Of a stretch of 64,000 nucleotides of DNA, positions 25,617 to 63,709 are shown piece after piece (the first letter of the stretch is position 1; the number at the start of each line of letters is the position of its first letter). A program made the translations under genes and the position numbers. The notes beneath the pieces were generated by a model that saw nothing but the letters and a program-made list of their open reading frames with translations, was not told the DNA's origin and did no database searches. The stretch is from contig NMRA01000124.1 in NCBI GenBank assembly GCA_002633005.1, positions 62,001-126,000 on the forward strand. Direction: 5' to 3'. Source of the DNA: Phoronis australis (taxonomy: Eukaryota > Animalia > Phoronida).

Positions 25617-25884
25617 GTGAGTCTACTTTGCCTCGAGGACTATGCCTCTGCGTCTGTTTTTGGTTTGAACGTGCATTTGCCAATTTGTGCTGTGCACAGA
25701 AATTGCACCGGGACAACTGCACTGTTGAGTTTGAACTGAAGTGAGTTAGCTGATTGATTAATAAGAAATGGACTTCAGTTCTAAATTCAACTTCCTAAGA
25801 ACCAAGGCCACTGCCACTGCCACGGTTGTTGTGTGCTCAGTTAATACTAAACCTACAAGAACGTCTTACCTGTGTTGTAAATTG

Positions 25885-25965
25885 CAGTGACTCTGGAGTC
25901 TGAGACTTGAACCCGGATTGCAGTTGTGAGAGCGGGCCTTTAAAGTGTTCAGCCAAGTGGCAGTT
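25885..25965 (-). mobile_element. Possible tRNA-derived SINE head
   Basis: Minus strand has an A-box-like TGGCTGAACAC and a B-box GGTTCAAGTC about 40 nt apart; no full cloverleaf. Confidence 0.35.
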
Positions 25966-28900
25966 GCCGCTTGGCAAGTGACTTAGATAGGCTTTATCTG
26001 GCTGTATTTCACACCTGGAAGTCAACACCTAGGATTGTCTTTGGCTTCAGTCCAGAACCAGCTCTCCTCAGGGCCAAGAGGTAGAGCTGAGGGTAGTATT
26101 CGAATAGGTGGGAGTGGGACCATGATTAAAAGTGATTTGAGAACCAGTTACTCCCACTAAATGACACCTGTTATTCAGCTGGTTCCCAAATCACTTTGAA
26201 ATCAGGAACCTACCTGTCTGACTTTGCCCCTTGAGTGCTTACACATTACTGTAGTTTACATCAGAATGACCTAGATATCGGACATTTTGTATAATCTTAC
26301 CAGAAGCAAATTTTAAGAAATAAAGACATCCGTTCTATTGCAATGCATTAAATGTCTGGCACCGTCTTGTTTTTTATATTGCTGCTCCTTTAATTTCACC
26401 GAGATTTTCTGACTTAACGAATAATCCCAGGGATCTGAAATTTTGGTCAATAGTATTGAGTAATGAGATGAGAATCTGAAATTATTTTAAGTTTGAATTG
26501 AAACTTTTAATGTAACTAATTTTTAGCACTTTTTTGTGATGGATGTACGGCACCATGATAACCAGGAGTTGGCCTTTGACCCCAAGAGGTCAATTATGTG
26601 CCAAAGTTGAAATGTTATTTTTCATAAAGTTTGGGCTTCATGTGATTGCACAAATTTGATCATATATAAAATAATTGGCTTATTTATGGCAATAACTAGC
26701 AAATCACATGAAAATCGCTAATTTTTTAGGATCAAGTGACCCCCAAAAGTTTAGGCAAAAAATTGAGTTGTAGGATAGTCAAACATGGATCCTGAAATTA
26801 GAGAGACTGGGCTTTCAGATGAGACCAGAAATGTTGGTACCGGTATGTAATTTTAATTTTGTCTTGAGTTTTATACTATTTCACGGAATCGCCCGTTTAT
26901 TTCAGTATAGCATTTACAACAACGCACAGTACTTCCAATGAAATAAAATGGAAACTGTGACAAAATTTCCATTATTTAAGTCACTTCACTGTACAGCAAC
27001 CTCCATCATTTCACACGCGGACACAGCTTAGATTGGAGCTACTGTGCCATAACACAAGCTATAACACAGCTATGTATATAGTGACTATCCCCTGTCAAAC
27101 CTAGGATGACTGAATGGCCACGCACACAGCTACGTGTAGCTCTGAACACACAGACTTCATGACTCACAAACGGTGCTCTACTAGGACTCTAAATTCCCAG
27201 GATGTAACGTAGACCTGGACTGACGCCATTACCCCAACTGTAGGGAGATGGTGGCAACTTTGCCATTTTTACAAAATTTACTTAGAAATTCGGTTTGCTG
27301 TAAAACCAGTTCTGGTAATTTCTTGTGAACTGTGTGCAACCTTGTAGAAGAAGGGTAGTTTTCTGAAGAATCTAACTTGATTAGGAGAGGGTGTCCCAAA
27401 TTCTAGCGAGTGACCCTAATTGGAGAAGTTTTACTGTACCTGGATGTTACTTATCGTGCACAGAAATGAGCAGCTGCTTGTCAACTCGCATATCGTCTGT
27501 GAATTGATTGGCACAATGGTTCTTCCATGGGAGCTAATTCAATATTGTTTGTTGAGTAAATACCAGAGTTGTTTTAGTAAATTTTTATAAGTATGTAAGA
27601 CCCTAGAAAAGTGTCCAAATTCGGCTAACCTTGGATGAGATCTCAGAAATGGCAGGTCGTCTCCTTATGCTTTATGCACTGTTCTACAATGAATGTAAGC
27701 TAGTGCCTCTCCTTTTTGTTAAATTTTACTAGAAGACATTGTCACATGACCCAATAAATGTCAGGTCTCTATCAAGCAATCCAGTTCTACCTGGGCTTTC
27801 AGCTTTTGCAAAATATATACTTTTGTAGACTGTGTAGTGGATATATGGCTAAATTCACAGACTTCTTGATATGCAACAATACAACATGTCATGCTCTTGT
27901 ATATCTACCGTCTGTTCTTTCCTTCATAGCCTATGCCCTGAGGCTGTTATGAAATTAATAGCTGTTAGCATTCTAAGCTGAAAACTTGTCCAGATTGATA
28001 TTATAGACCGGAGTAGAATCCCATGTTGTATTTTTGAAATTCGGTTCAAATTTTAGCGAGAAAATACCTAGACTGAGAGCGGTAGTTATGCTGAAATATC
28101 ACACGTGCAATGCCATCACATTTGCACGGATGAATCAGTATGCAAAGTGGTGCTCAGATTAGAAGCATCATAGTCCATGTTCGCTTTAGTAATCTACTAT
28201 GTAAACTTACAAATTATGCATTTGAACACAGGCAGGGGAGGGGGGCAATTGCAAATGGATAAAAAGAGATCTCACCTTGTGTCTGCCACAATGTTGCTGA
28301 GTCCAAGCAAGAGTGTACACGCTGCAACCCAAAATACATGCTTGAGTAAGATGAAGTCAGAGAAAACTCTGGTAGAAGTTTCCAGTGATTTGACATGACA
28401 ATTGATCGGCAAACTTACGGGGTAGGGTTGAAAATTTCAAAATGTTAAACAATGTCAGAAAAATATTCTTCGGGCCCTTGTTTCAGACATCGACAAATGT
28501 GAATTTTCTATGAATGGAGACACATTTGAAAAAACTTGTTGGTTGCTGTCTTTCTATCTGTTAGTCATGTAATGACTAATTAGAAATCTGTTTTTATAGC
28601 CAACATTCTTGTAATGAACTTCTCAATGTTACCAGTCAGTGTTCATCCCCTGTGAAAACTACCTTTGATAGGTTGAAATACGCCCACAGGAAAGTAAGTG
28701 TAGAATCACATTTACGGTTCTGAGAGTTAATTCTAGAATATACAGTAGGACAGTGAGCCAATTTACTTCATCACATGGTGTTTGGAATAGCTGATTTGGC
28801 TAAATTTAATTTCAAGGCAGAAAATTTTTAAACATGCCTGTTGGTCAGGCTGTGTTGCTTTGCACACAGTTTGCAAAGTGTTTGTTCCAGCGGCCACTTT

Positions 28901-29757
28901 TGTCGATGCGGAAATTCATTGTACACAATTATCTTGGGAATCTTTTTACTGGTAATGCGACCGACAATTGAGTGAAGTGCGCTTAAAAAAATGGGAACAT
29001 AACTTCCCTGTTGTCAAGTTGAAAACCGACAATTTGTCAGATGGTTGAGGTCTAAGCTAGGTTGAATATGTCCCCTTGAGGATTGTGCTAACTCAAAAAA
29101 CCTGTAGGCCAACATTACACTAGGCCAACATTACAAGCAGATCACTTCCTTTTAAACATTATAAGGGTTTTTTAAGGTTTTAGGTGACTCTGGTTTCTGT
29201 TGTTTCCTCTGCATTGCCAGAAAAATATTTCTAGACCACTTTCTGACCATGTCTTCACTGAAACATCTGAACATTTTGTGTTGAAAAAGTGATTTTTGTT
29301 GTGATGGTCAATTTTGTTGTCCCCAAAAATAGCCACTAAAACATTCACACCAGGAAATCAGTCATTCTAAACTAATTGTGAGATTGGGTCGTGTTTCTAA
29401 AAGGGGAAAAATCTGATCAATGGTTGACATCATTAAGACCGGAAAGACGTATGCCTTGCAGTTCTCGGTTCATCTGTAGTCATGGTTCTCCACCCTTTCA
29501 TACTTCTCCGAATCAGTTCACTCCATACAAACAGAGACCTTTATAAACATGTTTTAATAACAGTTAGATGTCGCTAGGACCCGATGCACTCCGCATAGGA
29601 GTCAATGCCCTGCTGCGAAAACTTGAATCCATTCATTCACATGGAGAGCGCTCCGCTGCTGTTTATTGGGCCCTAGGATGCCGAGAGTTGTTGTCATTGT
29701 GATGCGAGAAGCAGTAGAACCCTGAAGATTGTTGTAGGACCTTCTGAACATGGCTGT

Positions 29758-29912
29758 GTATTTAGAAAAATATCTATAGAACTATATATTTTAACTTAAT
29801 AAAACTATACATTTAGCAAAATATCTATAGAACTTTAGATTTTAACTTATTAAAGCTATACATTTAGCAAAATATCTATAGAAGTACAGATTTTAACTTA
29901 GTAAAACTATAT
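29758..29912. repeat. 51-bp tandem repeat x3
   Basis: TTTAG(C/A)AAAATATCTATAGAA recurs at 29761, 29812 and 29863. Confidence 0.9.
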
Positions 29913-29914
29913 AG

Positions 29915-30327
29915 TTTCTGAAAGACTAAAGCTCACAGAATTTAGTTTTATGACTTACCAATATGTCATAAAGTGGGTCATGTGACAATGTATTTTTTGT
30001 AAAATTTAGCAAAAATAAAGGTGCATTGATAAGTAAAACAATGATATCAATGATATAATCAAATTTTATTTGATATTAATGTTCATGGTGAGATCTCAAA
30101 AACACTGTTACAGTTTTCTGAAATATCATTTCGTTTTATGCAATTTTAAATTTTTTTCATGAAAATCATAAAAGTGCTAATTTGGTAGCTCCTCAAGCAA
30201 AAGTGGAAGGAACATTTAAAAAACAGTTCCTAACAGTGTTATTGAGAACAGTGCAGCCATTTCTGAGTTATGATGATCTGAAGTTAGCCAAAAGTGGACA
30301 TTTTTCTAGGGTCTACATATCCGTAAA
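29915..30327. mobile_element. Copy of the recurrent non-autonomous DNA-transposon family
   Basis: TTTCTGAAAG..AAAGC..AGAATTT..GTGGGTCATGTGAC block shared with ~52640 and ~60725. Confidence 0.55.
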
Positions 30328-30621
30328 CATCATCGGGACCTATAAAGCTTGGATTTTATTTCATTTCTAAATTGATTAATTTTGTCTGCTGACCATGAAA
30401 AATTTGTCACTTTCATACAAAAGTTCAAAATCTCTAAAAATTGACCTTTTCTTGTCAATGGCCTCTATCGCTGTTGTGAATGTCTACATTTTTTTTCAAA
30501 ATGATGTATGGGAGTTGCTAGGATACAGAACTAAATTGTACAGCATTGGTTTAGAGCTACATACATGGAAAAATGAGAATACCGGTATGGTTCTTCGCTT
30601 TTCCTCCATTTTGCTCCATAT

Positions 30622-31357
30622 TAACCTGTCACACGAGACGATTTTACTTGTCGCTTCTGCAGTAGCAGGGACTACTAATCATGAAGTCGCCATGTGTGAC
30701 TGGTAAGTAACCGCTAGGAAGTCCAACCGGCGACTAAAAATACTAACTGCTACTAGAGTTCACCATGTTCATCTTTAGCCAATGGTAGCCCTCGACTATC
30801 TGATCACATGACCTACTCACGACAACGTGTGATAGCTTGACTTCGTGTGACAAAACATATGAGCGATTGCCGCCAAGAAGGGACTGAGCTTGTTTATACT
30901 TCCACGGACGAAATATGACTGACAACAACAAGTTTCGCAGTGGTCGGGCAAATAAATCATCAGGTTTTTGGATGTTTGCAGGGTTTTATGAAATTTTGTG
31001 GGATATCAGCAATGAACATAATATGAAAAGAAATGCATGGAACATAATTAGGTTTAATCATTGAAATGATGGATGCAGGATTTGACATAGCTGGCAAAGA
31101 AATTTTTTAGAAAGAAAATTAAAAAATTGAAAGATGTTTATAATTGAAGCAAAGCGAACAAGGTGGAAAAAGAATGAAAAGTTACAGGAGCTGGCACTGA
31201 TGTATTAGTTGATTTTTATGGCGCTAGCTACTGCCAGCTAAAATGCTACTACATCAAACAGCATCTGCACTCGTCTCATGTAACCGACGTAGTGGCACGG
31301 ACTGCCAAGTAGCGAGTACGTAGCAGCCAGTAAAATGGCCTGGTGTGACTTGGGCTT
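30622..31357. mobile_element. Harbinger-like MITE
   Basis: GTCACACGAGACGATTTTACT near the left end versus GTCACACCAGGCCATTTTACT in reverse complement of the right end; termini degenerate. Confidence 0.55.
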
Positions 31358-32952
31358 TAGTATACTAAGTTCGTGAGATACTTTCCCACTGTAAAGTTAC
31401 TCTTTTGTGCACATTTGGGACATTCAAGCACTGCAGACCTGCAGTAAAACAGTTGAATGCATGCCATCATTACCCATAAGGCTATTCAATCATATGTACA
31501 TGAACTTGTGATTGTGAACAACTTACATGTTATGTGATTTGAAAAATTAATTAGGATGTTCTCAAGGGTTTTACTCTAGTTCAGATCTACAACACATCTG
31601 TGAAGATCTAAATATAGTGAGATTACGGTAAAATAATTGTTTGTAAATCATGCTAACTGGAGTCTATTGAGCTATAAAGTTGATCTGAAGGGCGGTGACT
31701 GTCAGTGTCAATAAATAACAAATTTGTAATGATTACACCTCTCACATGGCCGGCTATAATTTGTATTAAGCCAAGACTAGAGTAACATAGTTTTCCCTCT
31801 AATGTCGACATTCTCTGACAAGTGCAGTACTCAGAGTTGTGTGTATCGATCAAATGTTGAGTATGAGGGCCCTAAGTGTGAGCGTGGTGGTCAAATTTGA
31901 GCGAGGTAACCCGCCGCACTCAAACGGGCATTTCGCTAGAGCAAAGGATACTGAATGGCAAATCATCAGTAGTGTCTCTGTTTCTTTGCCAAGTGATGTG
32001 TGATTTGAATCTTAGAGCAGGGACAAGTGCTATTTCCTGCCTGAGCAGTTTATCCCTAGTCAGAAATATTATACAAAGACTGTATGTACAGAAGAGTTGG
32101 ACTGTAATCTGCCTTTGATAGTACCAACTTACATCCTGGGATGGGTAGTCTATGGTATTATCTGCTAGTGTTTATAAACCAGAAAAGTCAATTATGAAAA
32201 CCTTCACAGGCTGAATCAAACTGTGAAATTATCATGTTACTGGTGAGTTACCCAGGTGGTAGATTGGCTTGTAAGGATGAAGTTCAGCAAAAGTTGGAAT
32301 GTGTCAGCAACTTAGAGCCTGAGTGTTTGAAGTCAGGGCATGGTCATAACGCTGTTCTGCTGGAATTTTTTGTCATATTGAGTACTTGGAATTTCTGGGT
32401 TAAATCACACTATAGTGCGTGTAAAATTCATTATCAACAATTCTATATTTCAGTAACCTTATATTTAGAATTTATATCTAAGAATTGAATTTTGAAAGAT
32501 TAGCTTCAAGGCAACTACTGAAGTGAAAGAATATCATAATTCTCTTCTTTATTCGCTCAAAATTAATCGCCTAAATTGTTGTTTTCCCATTTTCAAAGGG
32601 TGGTTACTTTACTGCTAATTATGAAAAATTTACCAACAGTTGTTTTATGACATCTACACAGTACAAACCATGCTAGCAATTGAGCGTAATTTTCTTAATC
32701 TTATTTATGTGGCTCCATAATTATGACAAAGTTGAATTTAACTTTTGACCATTTTATATGCCAAATGAGTGAAGAGATACCGCATTGTGGTTCCAATTAG
32801 AATAATGTTTACAAGTGGAAAGGTTATCAAGTGTATTTGGAATTCCTTGAAGTCATGCCCAAATTTCCTCCATAGGTCTGAATACCTACTGTAGTTTATG
32901 TTTTGTCTATCAAAGTACTGATAATTGCCTCCCATCTCCTTCATGTGCAGCC

Positions 32953-56170
<23,218 letters not shown>

Positions 56171-58639
56171 GAATGTGAACACCAGTAGAGTGTTCATGTG
56201 GGAATACAGTTGACAATTATAGCTGAAGTGAACAATGCCTAACTGTTCATTTTGCATGCAGCCAGCTGCAATCAACAGTTGACTGATCACGTGAGAATAC
56301 ATCAGTCAGTTGTTGGTGGCAACAACAAAATCTAATTATTCAGACATTTAGCATGAAGTCAACACTGAACCATAATAAACTGTTATTGTGGAAATACAAT
56401 AAAATTCTAAAGAGTGTGAACAATATATGATTGTTAATCTAACATGCAACAAACTACAAATTTGTATTACCACCATGACCAATGATGAGTTGTTTCAAAG
56501 CACAACACGTTATTGACAATTGATAGTTGATTTGCCGGTACTACAAAATGATAGCCTAGGAACAGATTATTCATAAATATTATGTATTACCATATTTGAC
56601 TGTTTGAGCACACATGCCTCTGATAAGTGTACACTTAAAGGGCTGCCTAGAATTGCAACACGAAGCCTTTCTCAGATAGCTTACTCTTATGTGCCTATGA
56701 AATGCGTTACTCATCATTTATATTTGTATGTCGCATCTCTTTGTCAATGCCATCAATAATCTTGTTGTGAACAAAGAATTGGAAAATGTGATGTGAGATT
56801 TAGAATGATGTGGGACTTCCTCAATTAAAAGTTTTCTGAGTGTTTTATGTGACATCAAAAGATGGCACTGTAAAGTTGGTTTCAATGGCTGGCAGTTGTA
56901 CCAGACAGTGTTGAGTGCAAAGCAATGTCAATGTGTTGTAAGATTACTTGTGCTTGGTTATAAGAGCATGCTTGGGAGAATTGCCTTTCAATTTATCAGA
57001 CTATACAACTTTTTCTTTCAATAGATTTTAACATTTTGTACCAATCCATAATCATTGTCTATATGTATAATAGTCCATTTTATTTTTAACTTGTCAGAGC
57101 ATTTAAGCCTGTTTGTTATATACTGTGTTTCAATACAGAGGGATGACAACTTCAGGAAGCTTTGATTTTCTCTTTTGTGGTTAACTTTGTTGAAAGCACA
57201 CAACTGTGTGCTACTTTTCCACAATTGAAATGCATGATGTTGTACCTATGGATATTTGTGATCAGCCTGTACTTGATATCAATGATAAGGGGATATTTGA
57301 TATCTGTTACTTGATGCTTTTGAGTTACATTTTGTGTGAAGCTTATTTTTCGAACATTGTTTTTGTTTATAAGAAAAGTTGGCTGAAGTGAGCAGTGTGT
57401 AATTATGCAATTGATCTGTTGTCTTTGAGATGTTTTAGTCCTTAGCCTTTATTTATTAACTTTCAACTGGAGAGCTTATGTTAACTTTCATGAAAGCTGT
57501 ACTAAATGTTGTAATCAGGTGGTGGTAAAGTAAATACTGAACAAAAGTGTGTAATTATAAGAATTTAATTGAGAATTAGAATGAGAATGAGTTTCATTAG
57601 CTGCCTTGTGTTTATGTTAAGTCTGTGTTGGCTTACATACCTTTTAAATGTTAATGAGTTATGTTTACTTGTGTTGGTGATTACTGACTTTGGCCAGGGT
57701 AACAAGAAACGGTGCATTTTCAGTTCACAACCTTTGCGTTATTTTAGCACGTTGGTCCTTAGTTTTTGAATGTTGTATGTAAAAGGAATTTTGTACTGTC
57801 TGCTGATAGAGTATGTTAAATAAATTGGAAGCCTGACCTCTGTGCCATTAGAAAATAATTTGTATTTTTACTCTAAACGTAACTAGGATAAGATTTGCAA
57901 AATGATGCAGTAAAACTAGTATGTGCCGAGTAAGGCCAAAGCTGACTTTTCTAAATGCCAAGTGAATAAACTGGAACAACTGTGCAGTCATACCATACAA
58001 GTTCAGCGAAATTTTGACTTTTGACTTGTCCATAGTGTCATTTGTACTTTAGCGTTTTTACATAATTAATGATCGAGTCTTCTTTCTGTAAATAGTCTTA
58101 GCTTTGCGGAGTGCTGTTTTTCAGAGGCAAAATGTAGTTTTGTAGAACCAATGTTATGCAGACTCCAAATACTCAGTGGAAAGAGTGCCATGTAGTTGTT
58201 GTCCAATGATAGTGGTCATTTAAAGTTAGTAGTTACTGTAGTGATTTTGGTAAAGTTTATATTCAGACGCAAGATTTACAGTTGTTTTTTATCACTCGTC
58301 GGTGAAAGTTTCGGTGGACATGGCTTAAGGGCAGAACTCAGATATTACATTTATTTTTTGCGCACCTATTTCAAATTTAATAAAATTCATATATCCCAAT
58401 TCTGCTGACATGACGGACTGCATACAAAGTTGTTTTTTTTTAAATTTTGCTTTCGGTGTTAAGACCTTGTGAAATCTATTCCTTTGGATAACATCAGATT
58501 TCATATGTGACGTAATAATGTAAGGCAGATATTTTGGATTTTTGTGAGGATTTATTGGTGAAATTTTGAAGAATTGGATATTTTACCATGATCACACAAT
58601 CTACTGATTGAATATTCTGAACAATCCTTCTTGACTAGA

Positions 58640-58830
58640 CAGTGTGGCTCTGTGGTTTGAGCTCTGGGCTCCCGTTTGGGATACCTGGGTTCAAATCCTG
58701 GCTTTGCAGGGTGACAAAGCATTGCACAAAGGTTTCTCCTACTCCTCTGAGCTTGGTCTTACTAGTGATTGTATGCAAGGGAGTGATTGGGAACATGGAT
58801 ATAATGCCAAAGCGATTTCTGGGGCTGTGC
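58640..58830 (+). mobile_element. tRNA-derived SINE
   Basis: A-box TGGCTCTGTGG (58645-58655) and B-box GGTTCAAATCC (58688-58698), followed by a non-tRNA body; 3' end approximate. Confidence 0.65.
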
Positions 58831-60724
58831 TCATAAAAGATTCTCTTTGATTATTCAATGAATTACAATGGTCAGTTATCCAAACTCCATTCTTGGAATA
58901 AACAAATATATTTTTCCGACGACATTACTGAACACTACAAGGATTACAGATGATTTACCATGATCATGAATATTTGTTAGTTGTCTGCCAGATGAGTCGA
59001 CTTTATACGTGGATGCAATTGTATCTTGCTACAGATTATGTATAAGTTATGAAGTGTATAGCTTCACTTTATCAAAGGCCTGAAAACTTAAAAATTGTGT
59101 ATAACAGTACAATTTGGGGTTAATTTGTGAATTGTGTCTTTACTGCCTAGAGTTTGTTATATCTACTGTTAGTAATCTATTGTAAGTTGGTAGTAGCATC
59201 TACATTATAGATCAAATGATGTATAAAATATATCATTTTAACGCAAATTGGTTCGTTTTTGTGTGAAATATTAAAACCATTTCAAATACTTACAAAAGTT
59301 ACAACTGCATGCTGTTATAAGACCAAGCTTGAAGCTACATTTCATCCTGTTTAAGAGGATAAAAAAGAAAAATCAAATGAGGCCTTTCACTCCCAAGATA
59401 TCGGACTCCTAGTATTCCTTGCTGTGATAGGATTTCATTTTCATTGCAAATTTAAAACGCAGGTAACGTATACATGGGCCACTTCTAAACTCTGACGCAT
59501 TTACTCTAGTCACTGATGGTCTCTGTGGATAAAATTCTATCGGGATACAGAATATTACAATTTCATGAGAGCAAAAGGCTAAATTCAATTTTTGTTTTTA
59601 GGCAGCTAATCGGCAAAATGAAGCCTTAACTATCATTTCTTATAGCTTGCGAAAAATAGCAGAAACCAACTAGATTACTGACGACAAATGATCACTTTCA
59701 AAGATACTCGCGGCCAGCAGTTGTTGATGAAAATATATTTTTCTGCAGATCTGTAAATGTTCTCAGTTAGTTTATGACTGCTAAAACTAACACTCTTCTA
59801 AATGAATATGTTATATTGTTTCGCCTTCTCAGAAGATAGAATAGAATATACATGTACAATACACAAGAGGTGACAAAATAATTATGACATAGTGGAAATT
59901 GCACAACAGTTGGCTGTGAAAATTATACAGATCACCAGTGCTGACCTGCACACGGGATCCTTCATTTGCAAAGTACAATTAATAAAATAAAACCGTCAAT
60001 TTTAGACTTCAAGATAACAGTGAAACATTAATTGCACACGTAGTTTTATACAGACATTGCAGGCGTCATTGCCCATTTGGACTTCAAAGCATAGTTTAAT
60101 TAGTAACAGTACGGGTCAAAAGTAATCGGGCACGTCATTTTATCCAGATGAAATTCTGCTTCTGCTAACTTGCCACTGTCGTCCTAACTTCTCATTTCTA
60201 ATAAATTGCAGTTATAAGATAACCATTCCCTGTTTTGACTAATGGGTGACTACTACGGTAAATTCCGCTCATGAATTTTGGTACATCTTGTCTCATTACT
60301 TATGCTACGTACCGGCTGAGAAACGTTTGGTGGGCAACTTCATTTCATTCAAAAGTCACACAAAGTACAAGTTCCACATGAAATAACAAAAATCTGAATA
60401 TGCTATGAAAAATAAAAGCTAAAAACAACTCTCTTCTACTGCAGCAATTGTCGGAGTAGCTAATGAAAAGCATTCACGTAAAATTACAGTAAAAGATAAA
60501 AAAGACAGATCGAGGAGCATGGCTAGGGGATCTGACAATCAGCAGACATAATTCATGATCTTCCATCAGCAATACAAAAGCAGACGATTAGTGAGTCTGG
60601 ACTTGCTGGAACCCTTCCCACTGTAGATGCAACAGATAAAAAGTTATGTAGGACTTTATTGACTAGTCTGGCTGTTTAACCAAATATCTACACAACTCTG
60701 CAAAAGTATACGTTATCTGTTTAG

Positions 60725-61168
60725 TATAGAAAGCCTGTAGAATTTGATGATTGATTTAACACCAAATTTCTATTAAGTGGGTCATGTGACCATGTCATCT
60801 TAGTAAAATTAAGCAAAACAGAATAATACATACCTAGCAAAACAGCGGTATCAATACCATGACAAAATTTCACTCGACAATTGTTTAAGATAAAATTTCA
60901 AAAACGCTGATACAGTTTTCTAAATTATAACTTCATTTTTGTTTTATGCAACTTTTCATAAGAATCAAACACGAGACCTGTTTTTTATATCATGTCATGC
61001 AAAAGTGGTACATTTTAAAAATATTTAAACTCCTAGTTGCATTATATAGAACAGTGCATAAAGCATAGTATTTGAAAGTTTCATGTGACTCCAATCAGCT
61101 ATTTCAGAGATACGACGTAATAAAAGTTGTAGAATTTGGAATTTTCTGAGGGTCCTACACGGCCTTAA
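60725..61168. mobile_element. Copy of the recurrent non-autonomous DNA-transposon family (CCTTAA end)
   Basis: Shares blocks with the copies at 6160, 29915 and 52640; ends GGCC|TTAA. Confidence 0.55.
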
Positions 61169-61713
61169 AGAAAAATCAAAGCATCCTATGAATGATAATT
61201 GCTGATAGCAAGCCAATCTTATCTTAAGAAATATGGGACAACATTCATCAGATGATGAACTGTAATTTATAGTGTCATTGAAACTGTTAAGATACTCCGC
61301 TAAAAATCTAGATCAAAGCATCATGATTAATTTTTCTATTACAGGAATTTTTCAACGATTTTATAAAAAGAAAATTCAGTTACAAAAAATACAAAATCTG
61401 CTGACGTGAATAATCCCAAAATATCTTTAGTGATTTTGGACGGAAATCAACTATATACACATCAAAATAAAATAAATACTCTAACAAAATAAAGTCATAA
61501 TGAAATATAAAAATAGTTCCAGATTACAAAGCGAAGTTTTATTCACATTTCAAATAAATGTCAGCTTTATAGCTACATTTGATGCAATTTTTATCATTTT
61601 TAATGAGTGCTTTTGTATGTTTTTTAAACTTGCTTGTTACAGTATCAACATGTCAAATATCAAAATAACCGTCAACCGCCCCCAGCGTATCAAGTGCTAA
61701 CCCACAATTCTGT

Positions 61714-61905
61714 TCACAAATCCGTAAGATCCAGACTGCTCTGCAGCTTCACTGTAATAGTTCCCTGGTATTTAACGTTGATATCTTTTTCTTTTTTCGA
61801 CTTTCCGAGAAGATCACATTCGATTTCCTCGCCTTCCTCCGTTGACAATTGATTGATAGTTGCCATTCCCATGAAGTCATCGCGCAGGGTGTTACTGTTG
61901 TACAG
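61714..61905 (-). CDS. CAPN5: Calpain-5/TRA-3-like protease, terminal exon (C2 domain end)
   Basis: ccttttatccacag|LYNSNTLRDDFMGMATINQLSTEEGEEIECDLLGKSKKEKDINVKYQGTITVKLQSSLDLTDL*; resembles the CAPN5 C-terminus as recalled (WN..L.DEFLG..GTV.V...SS..L). Confidence 0.85.
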   Translation of the reverse strand: MYNSNTLRDDFMGMATINQLSTEEGEEIECDLLGKSKKEKDINVKYQGTITVKLQSSLDLTDL

Positions 61906-63709
61906 CTGTGGATAAAAGGTTAAAATAATGTCTTATCACACAATCTTGAAAAAAATTCTGAAAGTAACAAAAGAGGATTTACTTAGGCTGCAAACCTGAC
62001 TGCAAGAGAAGACTTCAGAATGTTCCAGTGAATGTTAAAGTCATCATATTGAAAAGTTTGTTCGTGGTACAACACTTTAGCTGAGATACACTCTTAAAGC
62101 GTATCATACCACAAAGACATAGAATACATTAAGCTTTTATGGTGAATTTGCAGAATTCTGTAAGAAATCACAGTTTTCCATGAGAAACAAATTGGATACT
62201 GGACAACGTCAAACACTGAAAAAGTTTCGACCATTACATTAGGTCAAGATTTAGTTTTACTTGTGACGCAGGTTTGTTTGGTTGCCATGACTAGCCAACA
62301 GGCGAAACTTAAGTGTCAGAATGTTGTTCAAAGAATGAAGCCGATAATACTGCATTATAATAAAACTTAGGTCACAATGCCATCCTGGAGTTAAATCTAA
62401 CACGCGCTCACATATTTGAAAAGCTTCCTCACGAATGGACAGCAGTTCGAAGCCATCATCAGAAATTTGTAACATGTCCAACAGCTTGGAATTATTGAGG
62501 TCATGGGAGATAACTGCAAAATTTGAAGATGCACTAGTGCATACAATTGCTAAGGGTTGCAAAGTACTTTTAAGGGTTATTGGTGACAATTCTCTAGCTG
62601 TTCCCATGCAGTTTGAAGTTCGTCACATTCAAGTCTAAGTAACCAATCACCCAAATCTCCTAAACTAGAGAAACATAGTCGATCTATATGTAGCCTGTAT
62701 CCAGACAATGAACATTGGTGACCAGCTGTGTGTTGGTGGCAAATTGAGGTCATTCAAAGCAAATGTAAAGGGCTACAGTGTGTAATATCATTGAATTGAG
62801 TAGAGAACAGCAATTAGGCCCAATAAGCTCACATTAAGTTCTGATACAAAGCGGCTAGGAACAATAACATCATTTTTTCTGGCATAAGTTCAACAATGCT
62901 ATTCTATTGTGACCCAAAAATAATATTTAGTAGCCCAATAATTCTGGCATGAAGACAATGAAAGTCGACACAATTTGACAATAAAGCTCTGTCAAAATCT
63001 GTCCAGTTTATTTTGAGAACTTCGTCAGTTGAATATGATTCTGTGCTCATCAAGGTCTTGAAAGACACGCAGATTTGCCGCATGACAATTGACCTTGCCA
63101 AAAAGATTAGCCTATATTTGAAATGAAGCCTCAGTGAGGTTGACAAATCACGCTTCACTATACCTACACAAAATTTGCAGCACTGACAAAACCGATTCCA
63201 TGACTCTCAGTAAGATACCTGTACAGGCATTTAGACCTGGCAACAGTAGGTGTCTAGACTTGTCAAAAAAGATTGAGTGTGGTAGTCCTACAGCATTTCT
63301 GGCTCAATAATTTGATTCTCAAAAGTGTGTTTGTATCTAGGTTTAAGTTGATCTATTTCATCCTGCATTCATTATTTTGCTTCAGGAGGGATACCACTTC
63401 CAGATTTATGATTTCAACAACAAATTCAAAATTATACCCGGAAACCCTTCTTTAGGTCATGCAGTTGTAATTGGGTATCATGAGGTGTGTCAATTTTGCC
63501 TCTTTTCTGAGGACATTGTCACAACAAAACATAACAATTGTGATTGTAAAAACTTTGTGCACTTACTTCAACTACACAATGTAAATTTAGAATACCATTA
63601 AAATTGGCTTCCTCAACTCCGTTCCAATGGCCTTCAAAGGGATACAAGGATGAAGTTATCAGTGTGAAAGTCGGCTTAAAAACGTTCCGCAACCCTACTC
63701 CAGTATTAC

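Noticed and set aside
26126-26205. Inverted repeat AAAGTGATTTGAGAACCAG / CTGGTTCCCAAATCACTTT as a pre-miRNA
   Set aside because: The loop is long and the context looks like a decayed MITE; no supporting evidence.
58640-58712. tRNA gene
   Set aside because: A and B boxes are present but there is no complete cloverleaf or acceptor stem; treated as a SINE head.
62257-62638. Overlapping 116-aa and 67-aa ORFs in the calpain intron
   Set aside because: Not needed for the calpain frame (the flanking exons join in phase 0) and no recognisable motif.
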